NCBI GenBank assembly: GCA_965249555.1
Contig: OZ252243.1
Span: 1,408,001-1,472,000 of the forward strand
Direction of reading: 5' to 3'
Length of the DNA stretch: 64,000 nt
From: Nitrosopumilus sp.
Lineage (GTDB): Archaea; Thermoproteota; Nitrososphaeria; Nitrososphaerales; Nitrosopumilaceae
Positions 40,987 to 51,283 of this stretch are shown piece by piece. Within the stretch, counting starts at the first letter, position 1. Each line of letters starts with the position of its first letter. A program made the position numbers and the translations under genes. The notes beneath the pieces were generated by a model. That model was not told the DNA's origin. It saw nothing but the letters and a program-made list of their open reading frames with translations, and searched no databases.

Positions 40987-41436
40987 CTAACGGTATGATT
41001 TTTGTTTTCTTCTTCTTGCACCGGGTCCACCAAATTTCTTTGGTTCTTTTCTTCTGGCGTCTCCGCTTACTAGATATTTATCAAAATCTGTGATTCTTTT
41101 TCTAAGATCATCTCTGATAGATTTTGGGAATGGGTGTTCTTTTGGTTCTTTTTTAGATTTTGTCCATCCTGTAAGTGCTCTTGAAATTCCAGTTGCAATA
41201 GCACTGGCTTGTCCCATATATCCTCCTCCTCTTACTCTAACAGAAATATCAATTTTATCTCTCAAATCTCCTGTAATTTCTAATGGTACTAAAATTGCTT
41301 CACGAGCGGTTTCTTGTGGGATCATCTCAACTGGAACATTGTTAATTCTAACTTTGCCTTTTCCTTTTGTAATGTAAACATGTGCACTAGCTGTTTTCCT
41401 AGTTGCAAAATAAATTTCAGTTTTTGGAGTTGTCAT
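40987..41436 (-). CDS. rps9: 30S ribosomal protein S9
   Basis: Ends KFGGPGARRRKQKSYR. Confidence 0.97.
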   Translation of the reverse strand: MTTPKTEIYFATRKTASAHVYITKGKGKVRINNVPVEMIPQETAREAILVPLEITGDLRDKIDISVRVRGGGYMGQASAIATGISRALTGWTKSKKEPKEHPFPKSIRDDLRKRITDFDKYLVSGDARRKEPKKFGGPGARRRKQKSYR

Positions 41437-41897
41437 TCAGTCCACCCTATCACTCTGCATAATTCTCCTACTGTAGTGTAGTTTGATGGAGATTTTTTGA
41501 TTTTTGCTTTTTCAAATTGAATTTTCTCTAGTGATTTTAATTCTTTTGGAGAACCAATGTACGTTCTAAGTCTTTGATGTGATTCCTTACCTGATGGTTT
41601 TCTATCATATGGTAGCATTCCACGAATCATTTTTGCAATAATTGTATCTGGTCTTCTATAATGGACTGGTCCATGTTTTGGATTAATGATGCTGTTAATT
41701 TCCAAAAATTCTCTGTATTCTTTGATGTGGTTACTTCTTGTTCCACTCATCATAATTTTCTCACAATTTACAACTGAAATTCTATTTCCTTTGATTAGTA
41801 ATTTTGCTACATTTGATGATAATCTTCCAGCGATATGATCTGTTGCATCAACAACTATTGGCCTATCCGTTCTAACAATTGTTTCTTGATTAGCCAA
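41433..41897 (-). CDS. rpl13: 50S ribosomal protein L13
   Basis: VDATDHIAGRLSS and IRGMLP; start likely TTG 41897. Confidence 0.95.
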   Translation of the reverse strand: MANQETIVRTDRPIVVDATDHIAGRLSSNVAKLLIKGNRISVVNCEKIMMSGTRSNHIKEYREFLEINSIINPKHGPVHYRRPDTIIAKMIRGMLPYDRKPSGKESHQRLRTYIGSPKELKSLEKIQFEKAKIKKSPSNYTTVGELCRVIGWTE

Positions 41898-42237
41898 GTA
41901 GAACCACTCCTTTTCCAGTAGGATTTTGCTCAATTAGATCTGAAAAACTAATTAGTTTTCCGCCATTGTCGATAATTTTATCAGCAGCAGAATTTGAAAT
42001 TGAAAATGAACATAGTGTAATTTTGTGAAGAACATTACCCGTTCCAAGAACTTTTCCTGGAAAGACTACTGTATCGTTCTCTTTTGTTAATTGAGCAATT
42101 CTGTTCAAGTTGATATCTCTTCGTGCAATAGATGGCTTTAGTGCATATTCTGCTAATTTTGCCCAAATTGGGGCATCATTTTTGACTGATGCCTTCTTTA
42201 GATCTCTTGCCATACGAATAACCACTTGATTAGTCAT
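41890..42237 (-). CDS. rpl18e: 50S ribosomal protein L18e
   Basis: APIW, VFPGKVLGTG and NPTG. Confidence 0.95.
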   Translation of the reverse strand: MTNQVVIRMARDLKKASVKNDAPIWAKLAEYALKPSIARRDINLNRIAQLTKENDTVVFPGKVLGTGNVLHKITLCSFSISNSAADKIIDNGGKLISFSDLIEQNPTGKGVVLLG

Positions 42238-42282
42238 GATAATGAAACGGCTTAAAACCCAAATATAATGTGTATGCTTAGT

Positions 42283-42948
42283 TTATTCTTTGATTTGGTT
42301 GATCATGTCTTTGAATTCAACTAATCTATTACTCACTTCGTCTACACCTGCGAGAATAATTTGCTCTGGACTAAGAGCGCCAGTTGATTCTACAGTGAGA
42401 ACACTTTCATCTTTTTTGTCTGTATCAGTAAGAGTTGAAATGTTTGCAGAGTTCCATTTGGCATGCTCTGTTCCACGTCCAAGTCTTGCATAACATTCAA
42501 CTTTGATTCTTTGACCTTGTGTGAGTTGAACAATTGAGATTTTGTCTGAAATTGGTTTTATTGAATCATCTTCAGAGGATAACTCGTTTGATAGAACAGT
42601 TCTTGTCACATCTGAATCTCCAGAGTCTAAAACTAACATGACTCTACAGTTTGAACAACCAGATTCACTTTGACAATCACATTTGGATGGTTCATTAAAT
42701 CTGGACAAGTCAGTTTTTATTGGAATTAGTCCTAATCTGTGTGCTAATCCTTCATCTGGTAAGACGGATGAGTTTTCTATAATATCTACAGTGTCTATTG
42801 CAAAGACTGTAACACCATTTAGACATACACGTCTAAGTGCGTTTGCGTACTGTAATGAAACACCTTTTAGCTTTACAGACATTTTTTGACTATCTTTGTT
42901 AATTATTTCTAATGATGGCAAATCTTGAAGAAAATCTTCAAAGTCCAC
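42283..42948 (-). CDS. rpoD: DNA-directed RNA polymerase subunit D (Rpo3)
   Basis: ANALRR, LAHRLGLIP and GRGTEHAKW; start may be ~42921. Confidence 0.95.
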   Translation of the reverse strand: MDFEDFLQDLPSLEIINKDSQKMSVKLKGVSLQYANALRRVCLNGVTVFAIDTVDIIENSSVLPDEGLAHRLGLIPIKTDLSRFNEPSKCDCQSESGCSNCRVMLVLDSGDSDVTRTVLSNELSSEDDSIKPISDKISIVQLTQGQRIKVECYARLGRGTEHAKWNSANISTLTDTDKKDESVLTVESTGALSPEQIILAGVDEVSNRLVEFKDMINQIKE

Positions 42949-43090
42949 ATAAGAATCTAGCTAGTTTTACGTATAGTTACTTGATTTATCGTGATTTAAC
43001 TGAGCCAATTTTTAGGATCAATTCTTTTTGGTATGATGTTGTATGTTTTGAACACACGGTCTCTTACGAGTATAATATCATATGAATGGT

Positions 43091-43183
43091 ATGAGCAATT
43101 CACAGTGTGAGCATTATTGGACTCAAAATGGGTCATACTTCTGCGTACATTGTGGAGCCGATATTGATAAAAATATTTCCTAG
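43091..43183 (+). CDS. Candidate 30-aa zinc-ribbon microprotein
   Basis: MSNSQCEHYWTQNGSYFCVHCGADIDKNIS (CxH...CxxCG); alternative ATG at 43082. Confidence 0.5.
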   Translation: MSNSQCEHYWTQNGSYFCVHCGADIDKNIS

Positions 43184-43250
43184 TTTTCATTATACTTTAT
43201 TTTCTAAACTCTATCAATACGCTTAAGTCCATAATCTGAATGGACGAGGT

Positions 43251-43574
43251 ATGGGTAAATCATTAGGAGACTATACCATTGAAAAGTCTTCCTCGTCTGA
43301 CATCAAGAATATCAAATGGACACAAAAAAACCCAAAAGACACTGACAAATTAAAAAAGAAAAAAACAGATAAAAAATTTCAAAACTCTTCGGCATCAAAT
43401 ATAATTTACACTCAAAAAACCAAAAAAGTCAAACCATCTGTTGAAAAAGTTTTCAAAGTTAAGGAGGTTATAGATACTGGCAAATCAAAAAAGAAAAAAA
43501 CAGATAAAAAATTTCAAAACTCTTCTGCATCTAACTGTAAAATTAAACAAGGCTTCAAAAGACCTGCAAGGTAA
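43251..43574 (+). CDS. Lys-rich hypothetical protein with internal duplication
   Basis: KKKKTDKKFQNSSASN occurs twice (51-bp repeat at 43346-43396 and 43481-43531). Confidence 0.55.
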   Translation: MGKSLGDYTIEKSSSSDIKNIKWTQKNPKDTDKLKKKKTDKKFQNSSASNIIYTQKTKKVKPSVEKVFKVKEVIDTGKSKKKKTDKKFQNSSASNCKIKQGFKRPAR

Positions 43575-43637
43575 TAAAATTACTCTCCTACTGGGAAACG
43601 TATAGATAAATACCAAATTATCATACGAATTTTAGAA

Positions 43638-44324
43638 ATGGTTGATGTTACTGTAGCAAGATATTCATTTGAAGGGGAAAAATTTGAGATTTTGGTAAAG
43701 CCTGATCCTGCATTGGATTACAAACTAGGCAAGAAAAAGGATATTTCTGCAGTTTTAGTTTCAGAAGATATCTACACTGATTCAGGAAAAGGCACAAAAC
43801 CTACAAATGAAAAATTACTAAAGGCTTTCAAAACTGAAGACTTGACTGAAATTGCTCAAATAATTCTTCAGAAAGGTGATCTGAATCTTACAACTGACCA
43901 ACGACGAAAAATGATTGAAGAAAAGAGAAAACGTATTGTTGAGTTTATTGCTAAAACATATGTCGATCCTAGAACTCACTTACCTCATCCTCCATTAAGA
44001 ATTGAGCAGGCTATGAAAGATGCTAGAGTTTCAGTAGATCCTCAAAAAAGCGTAGACGAACAGGTAAAAGATATTGTTGAAAACTTGCGTTCAATAATTG
44101 CTCTAAAATCTGAAAATCTACAATTGGAGATTGTAATTCCAGCACAATTTGCATCTCAATCATACTCTGTCCTCAAATCAGTTGGTTCTCTAAAAAAAGA
44201 AGAATGGCAAAATAATGGTTCTCTAAAAGCAATACTTGAAATACCTGCTGCAGCAAGGCCAAACGTGATAGATAGATTGGGCTCTATAACCAAAGGCTCT
44301 GCTACAGTTGAGGTAATGAAGTAA
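43638..44324 (+). CDS. Ribosome maturation factor SBDS/Sdo1
   Basis: FEILV and DPRTHLPHPP; first gene of the exosome operon. Confidence 0.95.
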   Translation: MVDVTVARYSFEGEKFEILVKPDPALDYKLGKKKDISAVLVSEDIYTDSGKGTKPTNEKLLKAFKTEDLTEIAQIILQKGDLNLTTDQRRKMIEEKRKRIVEFIAKTYVDPRTHLPHPPLRIEQAMKDARVSVDPQKSVDEQVKDIVENLRSIIALKSENLQLEIVIPAQFASQSYSVLKSVGSLKKEEWQNNGSLKAILEIPAAARPNVIDRLGSITKGSATVEVMK

Positions 44325-45004
44325 TGGATAATAAGAGAAAATATGTTATTCCAGGCGATGTGGTAACTACAGGACCTTTTAGACCTGAACAAAATGTTGT
44401 ACTTGATGGAAATAAGATAATTTCAACAACTGTTGGAATTTCTGAAATTTATGATGATTCTGTTAGAGTAATTTCCTTAACTGGAAAATATATTCCAAAA
44501 ATCAATGATCTAGTAATTGGCAAAGTCCTTTCCCATACATCCTTGTCATGGGAATTAGATATCAACTCATGTTATGTTGGATTCTTACCAGCACAAGATG
44601 TCTTTGGACGAGACTTTTCTGCTCATGCTGATGAACTTACTTCAAAACTAACAGCAGGAGATCTTGTTGCTGCAAGAATTGCCAATTTTGATAGAACAAG
44701 AGATCCGCTTGTAACAATTTCTGATAGAGATTTAGGTAAAATAGATTCTGGAGCATTAATTCAAATCTCTCCAAGTAAAGTTCCACGCCTAATTGGAAAA
44801 AGAGGTACAATGATTCAATCTATCGAGATGGCCACTGATGCTGCAATTACCATTGGTCAAAATGGATGGGTAGTGGTTTCATGCGAGTCTCCCGAGGGAT
44901 TATTAAAGGCTAAAAAAGCCATTCAAATGGTTAATGAGAAAGCACATGTTGCTAATTTGACTGATCAAGTGAAAGAAATGTTAGAATCAAAAGGTGAATC
45001 ATAA
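44324..45004 (+). CDS. rrp4: Exosome RNA-binding protein Rrp4
   Basis: VIPGD, S1 domain and KH motif VPRLIGKRG. Confidence 0.95.
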   Translation: MDNKRKYVIPGDVVTTGPFRPEQNVVLDGNKIISTTVGISEIYDDSVRVISLTGKYIPKINDLVIGKVLSHTSLSWELDINSCYVGFLPAQDVFGRDFSAHADELTSKLTAGDLVAARIANFDRTRDPLVTISDRDLGKIDSGALIQISPSKVPRLIGKRGTMIQSIEMATDAAITIGQNGWVVVSCESPEGLLKAKKAIQMVNEKAHVANLTDQVKEMLESKGES

Positions 45005-45738
45005 TGGGTGGACGAGATGCTACAATGGTTCTATTGGACGAAAATGGAATTCGTTGCGACGGAAGAAAAATCGACGAACCAAGACGAATAATGATTAAAG
45101 CTGGTGGACTAAAAAATGCAGATGGCTCGGCATACATTGAATTTGGTGATAATAAAATCCTAGTTGGTGTATTTGGTCCAAGAGACGTACATCCAAAACA
45201 CATGTCTGATACTGATACTGGAATTCTACGAGTTAGATACCACATGGAACCATTCTCTGTTAGTGACAGAAAAAACCCAGCTCCGTCAAGAAGAGAAATT
45301 GAAATTTCCAAAGTAATCAAAGAGGCACTAGAGCCTGCAGTTATGTTAGAAAAATTTCCAAGAACAGCAGTTGATGTATTTATCGAAGTCTTGCAAGCAG
45401 ATGGTGGCACTAGATGCGCCGCACTTTCTGCGGCTTCTGTTGCATTAGCAGATGCTGGAATTCCAATGAGGGATATGGTTGCAGCATGTGCTTCAGGTAA
45501 AGTAGCAGATACCATCGTCCTTGATGTCAACAATGAAGAGGACCAAGCAGGTCAAGCAGATATGCCAATCGGTTATATGCCAAGTCTTGAAAAAATTACG
45601 TTATTACAATTAGATGGAGTCCTATCTCCTGAAGAATATAAAAAATGTGTAGAGGTTGGAGTCAACGGTTGTAAAATTGTTTATGAATTACAAAAGAAAG
45701 CACTCAATGACAAATACTTTGGGACCAAAAGTGATTAG
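45004..45738 (+). CDS. rrp41: Exosome exonuclease Rrp41
   Basis: RCDGRK, ADGSAY and QADGGTR. Confidence 0.96.
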   Translation: MGGRDATMVLLDENGIRCDGRKIDEPRRIMIKAGGLKNADGSAYIEFGDNKILVGVFGPRDVHPKHMSDTDTGILRVRYHMEPFSVSDRKNPAPSRREIEISKVIKEALEPAVMLEKFPRTAVDVFIEVLQADGGTRCAALSAASVALADAGIPMRDMVAACASGKVADTIVLDVNNEEDQAGQADMPIGYMPSLEKITLLQLDGVLSPEEYKKCVEVGVNGCKIVYELQKKALNDKYFGTKSD

Positions 45739-45740
45739 AT

Positions 45741-46559
45741 ATGGCATCACATACTGTTATTGATGAATTAAAAAAAATACAAATTCTTGAATTACTAGAA
45801 CAAGGAAAAAGAATAGACGGACGAGCACTAGATGAACCACGAGAAATCTCAATTGAAATTAATGCAATTCCTAAAGCAAATGGTTCAGCAAGAATATTTC
45901 TTGGTGATACCGAAGTCGTATGTGGAGTAAAAATCCAACCAGATAGACCTTTCCCAGATATGGGAGACAAAGGTATTTTCATTTGTACTGCTGAACTTTT
46001 ACCACTCTCACATCCTACTGTTGAAACAGGACCACCACAACCTCATGTAATTGAATTGGCACGAGTTACTGATAGAGGAATTAGAGAAAGTCACATGGTT
46101 GATGTGTCACAATTAGTTATTGAAAAAGACAAATCAGTTGTTGGTGTATTTGCTGATATTGTAGTTATTGATTATGATGGAAATCTCTTTGATGCATGTT
46201 CTTATGCTGCTACTGCTGCATTGCTTACATCAAAAACTCCAAAATGGACTATGGTTGATGATAAAGTAACACGTGTTGATGAGGATGAGACTCCATTACC
46301 AACTACAACAATTCCAGTATCTGTAACTATGGGAAAAATTGGAAATCACATTATTGTTGATCCAAATGGCGATGAATGGGCTAGTATGGATGCAAGAATT
46401 ACAATTACTAGTGATTCTGATGGAAATATTTGTGCCTTGCAAAAAGGTGGCACTGGTGGATTCACACAAGACGAAATTGTTCAGTGTGGAGAACTTTCTG
46501 TTAGAATAGGTGCAAAAATCAGAGAAAAATTAAAAGCATCTCAACAGGAAAGTCAATAA
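45741..46559 (+). CDS. rrp42: Exosome component Rrp42
   Basis: RIDGR, ANGSA, DGNLFDA and LQKGG. Confidence 0.96.
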   Translation: MASHTVIDELKKIQILELLEQGKRIDGRALDEPREISIEINAIPKANGSARIFLGDTEVVCGVKIQPDRPFPDMGDKGIFICTAELLPLSHPTVETGPPQPHVIELARVTDRGIRESHMVDVSQLVIEKDKSVVGVFADIVVIDYDGNLFDACSYAATAALLTSKTPKWTMVDDKVTRVDEDETPLPTTTIPVSVTMGKIGNHIIVDPNGDEWASMDARITITSDSDGNICALQKGGTGGFTQDEIVQCGELSVRIGAKIREKLKASQQESQ

Positions 46560-46560
46560 A

Positions 46561-46773
46561 ATGGCAAAAGCAAAAAAATCCCTTAAGGGATTAGGTGCAA
46601 GACATGGAATTAAACTTAGGAAACAATATACAAAAATCCATTTTCTATTAAAAGAAAAGAGAAGCTGTCCTGAATGTGGTTCAAAGACATTTGGTAGGGA
46701 TGCTGTGGGAATTTGGTCTTGTAAAAAATGCAGCTTTAAAGTAGCTGGAACAGCATATGACATTAAACTTTAG
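46561..46773 (+). CDS. rpl37ae: 50S ribosomal protein L37Ae
   Basis: CPEC...GIWSCKKC...AGTAY. Confidence 0.95.
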   Translation: MAKAKKSLKGLGARHGIKLRKQYTKIHFLLKEKRSCPECGSKTFGRDAVGIWSCKKCSFKVAGTAYDIKL

Positions 46774-47002
46774 TGCAAAAATCACTGTTGATGCAAAAGA
46801 GAAAACAAAGGCAATTTATGATTCTGTAAATACTGACAATGAATTTTATCCAGAAAATCCTGTAAAGACTGAGATAAAATTCAACGAAAAGTTAAGCATT
46901 TTTGTTGAATCTGAACACTTGCCACATTTGAGAGCAAATCTCAATTCTACACTTCGACTAATTCAAGTAAGCCATGATTCAATTGAATCGGTAAAGATAT
47001 AG
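46757..47002 (+). CDS. pcc1: KEOPS complex subunit Pcc1
   Basis: LRANLNSTLRLI motif; canonical position between rpl37ae and pfdB. Confidence 0.88.
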   Translation: MTLNFSAKITVDAKEKTKAIYDSVNTDNEFYPENPVKTEIKFNEKLSIFVESEHLPHLRANLNSTLRLIQVSHDSIESVKI

Positions 47003-47059
47003 CGTGTTTCAACACTTGTTTTTGGATAATGACTAGTTCCTATGGATGTTAAATTATAA

Positions 47060-47904
47060 CTATAGAATCATGTATATCATGTATTTGATTATGCCATTAA
47101 ATGATATTCCTAATTTTGTAGCTGTTCCACTTTCTGTAATATTTGGTTTTTTAATTTCACTATTGATATATAGATTATCTCCAACGGAAGGTGAAACAAC
47201 ACTATCAAATTGATCTACAATAGATATACTTCTTGCAGTTATTTTTTCATGATGTATAGTTTGCTGTGATTTATCTATATCAGCTAAAACAACTCCATTC
47301 ATCCAAGGATGTAATATACAATAATATGAATAACTACCAGATTGTCCAAAAGTATGAGAAAATTCACAAGCTGTAGATAAACTGTTACTAGCAAAGTCAT
47401 GAACAGGATTTTCAGGAGTGCCACTTTTAATGGAATGAGTTACATGATCTTGGTTAAACCAAGTAACAGTGTTTCCAGATTTTATTTGTATAATTTTTGG
47501 CGAAAAGCATTCATTACATTCAATATATGATTTTTCTTTAATTTGAATTACATGTGTTGTTTTTCCAGATTGTGCATCTGCTAATACTCTACCATCTAAG
47601 AACCCACTATTTCGATTTCTGTAATATTATATGGTATATTGGGAATTTCTATATGCCTTGTAGAATCATTATGAACACCATCACTAAAAACTATCTCTTT
47701 ACCATTTGCTAGAACAATAAATTCATCATCATTTTGTCCATTTTTTGAATCTAGTATGTCTCTATCTAACAGAATTAGTAAACTCCCATTTAATTTAATC
47801 CAAACATCAAAAACTAAAGATCGATTATCTTTATCATCATTTACTTTTGAAACGTCCATATTCAATGTTTTTACAGTAACGGATCGATATCTGTTCGTTA
47901 TCAA
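47060..47904 (-). pseudogene. Frameshifted, 5'-truncated surface protein with blue-copper (cupredoxin) domain
   Basis: 47596-47904 encodes a PEFG-type surface domain (FIVLANGKE...IEIVG). Another frame from ~47599 reads VTWFNQDHVTHSIKSG...YSYYCILHPWMNG (H...C-x2-H-x2-M type-1 Cu ligands) and runs to 47060. Confidence 0.8.
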
Positions 47905-48009
47905 GTAACCATACCAGAAGATGTTAGAAACTATCTGAAATTAAAATCAGGTCAGACAATAGGATTCATAGAAGAAAATGGGAAAATCCGAATTGTCACT
48001 GATTTTTAG
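47890..48009 (+). pseudogene. 5'-truncated AbrB/MazE/SpoVT DNA-binding protein
   Basis: Reads SVRYQVTIPEDVRNYLKLKSGQTIGFIEENGKIRIVTDF*; no nearby in-frame start codon. Confidence 0.75.
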
Positions 48010-48089
48010 GTGTGTCAAAATATCTATTCTATTTTATTAGATTTCGTTTTTGACGAAACTATATTAAACTAAATCAGGTATTTCAAAAT

Positions 48090-48248
48090 ATGAAAAGAAA
48101 TCCTGCATTTGGTCATTGGACAGAAGAGGAAACAAACTGGAGTGACAAGGATACTGAATTTATCAAAAAAGCTCTAAAAGAAGAAGACATTCCAACTTCA
48201 TACGAAGAATTATTAGATGAATATGAATCAAGTCTATTAACTTGTTAA
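48090..48248 (+). CDS. 52-aa acidic hypothetical protein
   Basis: MKRNPAFGHWTEEETNWSDKDTEFIKKALKEEDIPTSYEELLDEYESSLLTC; TATATTAAA ~25 bp upstream. Confidence 0.55.
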   Translation: MKRNPAFGHWTEEETNWSDKDTEFIKKALKEEDIPTSYEELLDEYESSLLTC

Positions 48249-48279
48249 TTCGAGATAGAAAACCTACTTTTAAAAATGA

Positions 48280-48495
48280 ATGGAAAATAGAACTGCTTCA
48301 AGAAAAGCCATAATACTACCATTGATTGATCGTATTAAAAATGCAAATTCTTTTAATGATTTAGAAAACAAATCCACATGTAATTCAAGTGATAATATTT
48401 ATTTTGTATATAATGGTTTTGGAAAGTTATATTTTCAACATTTCAATAACGAAAATGAGGTAAAATTAATTCGATTCACTTTTGCTAATCATTAA
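48280..48495 (+). CDS. Hypothetical protein or fragment
   Basis: 71-aa ORF in island, no motif. Confidence 0.3.
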   Translation: MENRTASRKAIILPLIDRIKNANSFNDLENKSTCNSSDNIYFVYNGFGKLYFQHFNNENEVKLIRFTFANH

Positions 48496-48692
48496 ATTTT
48501 AAAATATTAAATTGTCTTTTGTTTCTATTGTTATGCGTGAAATTATAACAAAAATAATTACAGAAAATTATTGTTTGGCGTATAAACCACAAGTACCACT
48601 TTAAAAAAACACCATAGCTTAGAAATGTATATAATTCTCATGCCTAACATCTTCAAAAAATCAGCTTACGTTAAAAATGAATATATTACTTT

Positions 48693-48926
48693 TTATCTTA
48701 AATTTTCTTGCTCATGAATATATTTAACATCATTAAACAATTTATGATAATCTGGGTGTGGTGATTCATTACCTGTTATTGACTTTTCACTAGGGATTAT
48801 CGTTTCAGTCTTCTTTGAGCTGTAATAGTATAGGCAGGTGAATATAAAAAATACAATTCCTACAGGTAGGGCTATAATCATGAATATTCCCGCCAAAATT
48901 CCAAGAAACACAAATTTAGCTTTCAA
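48693..48926 (-). CDS. Small membrane protein
   Basis: Hydrophobic N-terminal 33 aa; TTTTATAATA ~25 bp upstream on the minus strand. Confidence 0.55.
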   Translation of the reverse strand: MKAKFVFLGILAGIFMIIALPVGIVFFIFTCLYYYSSKKTETIIPSEKSITGNESPHPDYHKLFNDVKYIHEQENLR

Positions 48927-49025
48927 TATATTGCTTGGAATCTACTATTATAAAATTTCATAGTATCTTTTATCTCAAAGATATATATTCAGTTTTTTTA
49001 TTTCAATTCTTTCAAAATTTTCTGT

Positions 49026-49722
49026 ATGAACTTGAATACATATTACTTACCTTGATCACTATGTGGATAGTTCGCAGATTAATGGTCTTGTTCTGGGTGT
49101 AGTGAAACATTATCACAACCACAAGATACCCACTTTTGACAATACTCACTAAACCCTTTCTGTGCTGGTAGAGTCCAACCTTCCAAAGGATGAACCTAGA
49201 AGTGCATTAGAAGAATGGTGGAATGGAACAGATAGCAAACCAACTGAAAAGCCAGAAAATTACTTACAAAAATGGCTTAATCAACCAAATGATTCAACTG
49301 AAACAAAAAACAATCCAAAAAAACTTAGTGAATCAATAGCTAACCTTACAGATTTAGTAAAAGAGAGCAATAAATCTAAAATTTACAGCGAAACTGACTT
49401 GAAGTACACACTAGAACCAAAGATAAAACTAGATGCAAAAAAAGAAATTATTGAACACATGAAAACTGGAAACTGTTCTTCAAATTGTGATATTTGTAAC
49501 ATTAAGAATGAAAATTTATACAAAGTTCTTAGCATACAACACGGAAATTTTACTAAAACGATTAATGATTTAAGACAACAAAATAGTATTGATAACCAGA
49601 AAAACTATGAAACAGGCTTAATTAATGGAATAAAAACCATGAATCAAAACTCTGGTCAAGAACCAAAAGATGTTTTTGTTTTTTGTTTAAAAAAAGTAGG
49701 TATCAATCCAAGTATGTATTAA
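49026..49722 (+). pseudogene. Hypothetical protein with decayed Cys-rich N-terminus
   Basis: Intact part 49162-49722 has CxxxCxxC. A frame from ATG 49026 reads MNLNTYYLP*SLCG*FAD*WSCSGC... with several stops. Confidence 0.45.
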
Positions 49723-49915
49723 AAATAGCCTCTAACCTCTTTTTCTGTTTCCTGTATTTCTTAATCTCACTTTTGATTCTTTTCTTTGAATATCCCATAT
49801 TTTTTAACATCAAAGATAAATTGAAAACCTCTAAATCTCTTTTTGATGAACCAATAATAACTTCTGAAAAAATTTTATTAAAATCAAATATCCCTAAATT
49901 TTTGTACTCACTCAT
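49703..49915 (-). CDS. Small basic hypothetical protein
   Basis: 70-aa ORF converging on the previous gene. Confidence 0.4.
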   Translation of the reverse strand: MSEYKNLGIFDFNKIFSEVIIGSSKRDLEVFNLSLMLKNMGYSKKRIKSEIKKYRKQKKRLEAIFNTYLD

Positions 49916-50071
49916 AGAATACTTGAAGCAATAAGCACACTAAATAATTTTTACAAACAAGATTCATCTAAATCTGTTAAAATAATTTAGTTGAAATTGT
50001 TGTTTTAGTCATGGATTATTTTTATGATCATAACAATCTATATCAAAATACCCTACCCTTTCTCTAAAATT

Positions 50072-50611
50072 TCAATTCTCATCATAGTGTTTTTCATTCA
50101 TTGTTTTCCCATCCCCATCATACCACTTTCTCCATTCCTTCTTTCCATTATCATAGGATTTTGCTTCATAATACAATCCTTTTTCATCATATGATTTACA
50201 AAATTTCTCATTACCATTATCATAATAATGCCATTCAGAAAGTAATTTATCATTAACATCATAGAGTTTTTCATATTCTTTTTTTCCATTCTCATTGTAG
50301 TAAGTTTCAAAGTAAGTTAATCCATTTTCATCATACCATTCATTTTTACTTTCAATATTTCCATTTTTGTAATATGATTTACTAAATTTCTCATTCTTAT
50401 TTTCATAATAATAAACTTCATTTCTTAATTGTCCATTATCTATGTAGATTTTTGCCCATTCCTCACTTCCATTTTTATAAAATTTTGATTCATATTCTAA
50501 CTTTCCATTCTCATAATACCGTTTATGCCATTCTTCATTTAGATTTTCATCATAATGAGTTTCAAGCCTTAACTGACCATTTTTATCATATAGTTTTGAG
50601 GGTAATATCAT
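50072..50611 (-). CDS. MORN-variant/YwqK-like repeat protein (no signal peptide, possibly a fragment)
   Basis: Repeated YYENG/YDENG...E motifs. Confidence 0.8.
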   Translation of the reverse strand: MILPSKLYDKNGQLRLETHYDENLNEEWHKRYYENGKLEYESKFYKNGSEEWAKIYIDNGQLRNEVYYYENKNEKFSKSYYKNGNIESKNEWYDENGLTYFETYYNENGKKEYEKLYDVNDKLLSEWHYYDNGNEKFCKSYDEKGLYYEAKSYDNGKKEWRKWYDGDGKTMNEKHYDEN

Positions 50612-50680
50612 ATTGTTATCATTCTCCTTGCAATACCTAAAATCAATTTCATATCAATTCTCAAAACTTAATTATCCATT

Positions 50681-51283
50681 TTAATTTTCTCTACATTGAT
50701 TTAATTCAAACTGCAATACTCTTTGTTCACTTTCTATATCATGTATTTTATTTTTATAGTATTCTGTATTTCTTTCAATTTCACTTATGTGCCAATTAGT
50801 TTCATACTCATGCTCAACATGTGAATATGAATCCTCTAATTGTTCATAATAATGAATATCCACCTCACATTGATTTTTCTTATTTTGAATATCAACAATT
50901 AACTTTTGTTGTTCATCTATTGTATCCTGCATTTTTTGTATGTTGATATTGTTCAATATGCCTGATTCAATAACCCCTAGCCTAGTCTGTTGGTCTGTAA
51001 CTTGGATAATTTCATCATCTTTAACAAGAATATTATTAGATAGATTTTCATTGATTGATTCTAACTCTTTAATGTCATTTTCATAGATTGATTCTAACTC
51101 TTTAATTTCATCTTCATAATTGCTGAATCTATCATATGCCCATTGTTTGTATTCTTCCATGTAATCCTTGTATGATTCAAGGTAATCCTTCCATTCTTGT
51201 AAAATGTCCTTGTCATTCTGTGCATATGCTGCAGTAACAGATACAGAACCAATAATCAAAAGGGCAATTAACAGATATTTCAA
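50681..51283 (-). CDS. Secreted coiled-coil protein
   Basis: Signal peptide MKYLLIALLIIGSVSVTAAYA; heptad-rich body with duplicated YExxIKELESI. Confidence 0.75.
   Translation of the reverse strand: MKYLLIALLIIGSVSVTAAYAQNDKDILQEWKDYLESYKDYMEEYKQWAYDRFSNYEDEIKELESIYENDIKELESINENLSNNILVKDDEIIQVTDQQTRLGVIESGILNNINIQKMQDTIDEQQKLIVDIQNKKNQCEVDIHYYEQLEDSYSHVEHEYETNWHISEIERNTEYYKNKIHDIESEQRVLQFELNQCREN

Noticed and set aside
42996-43190. 64-aa minus-strand ORF
   Set aside because: No motif; the opposite strand carries a more convincing CxH/CxxC microprotein.
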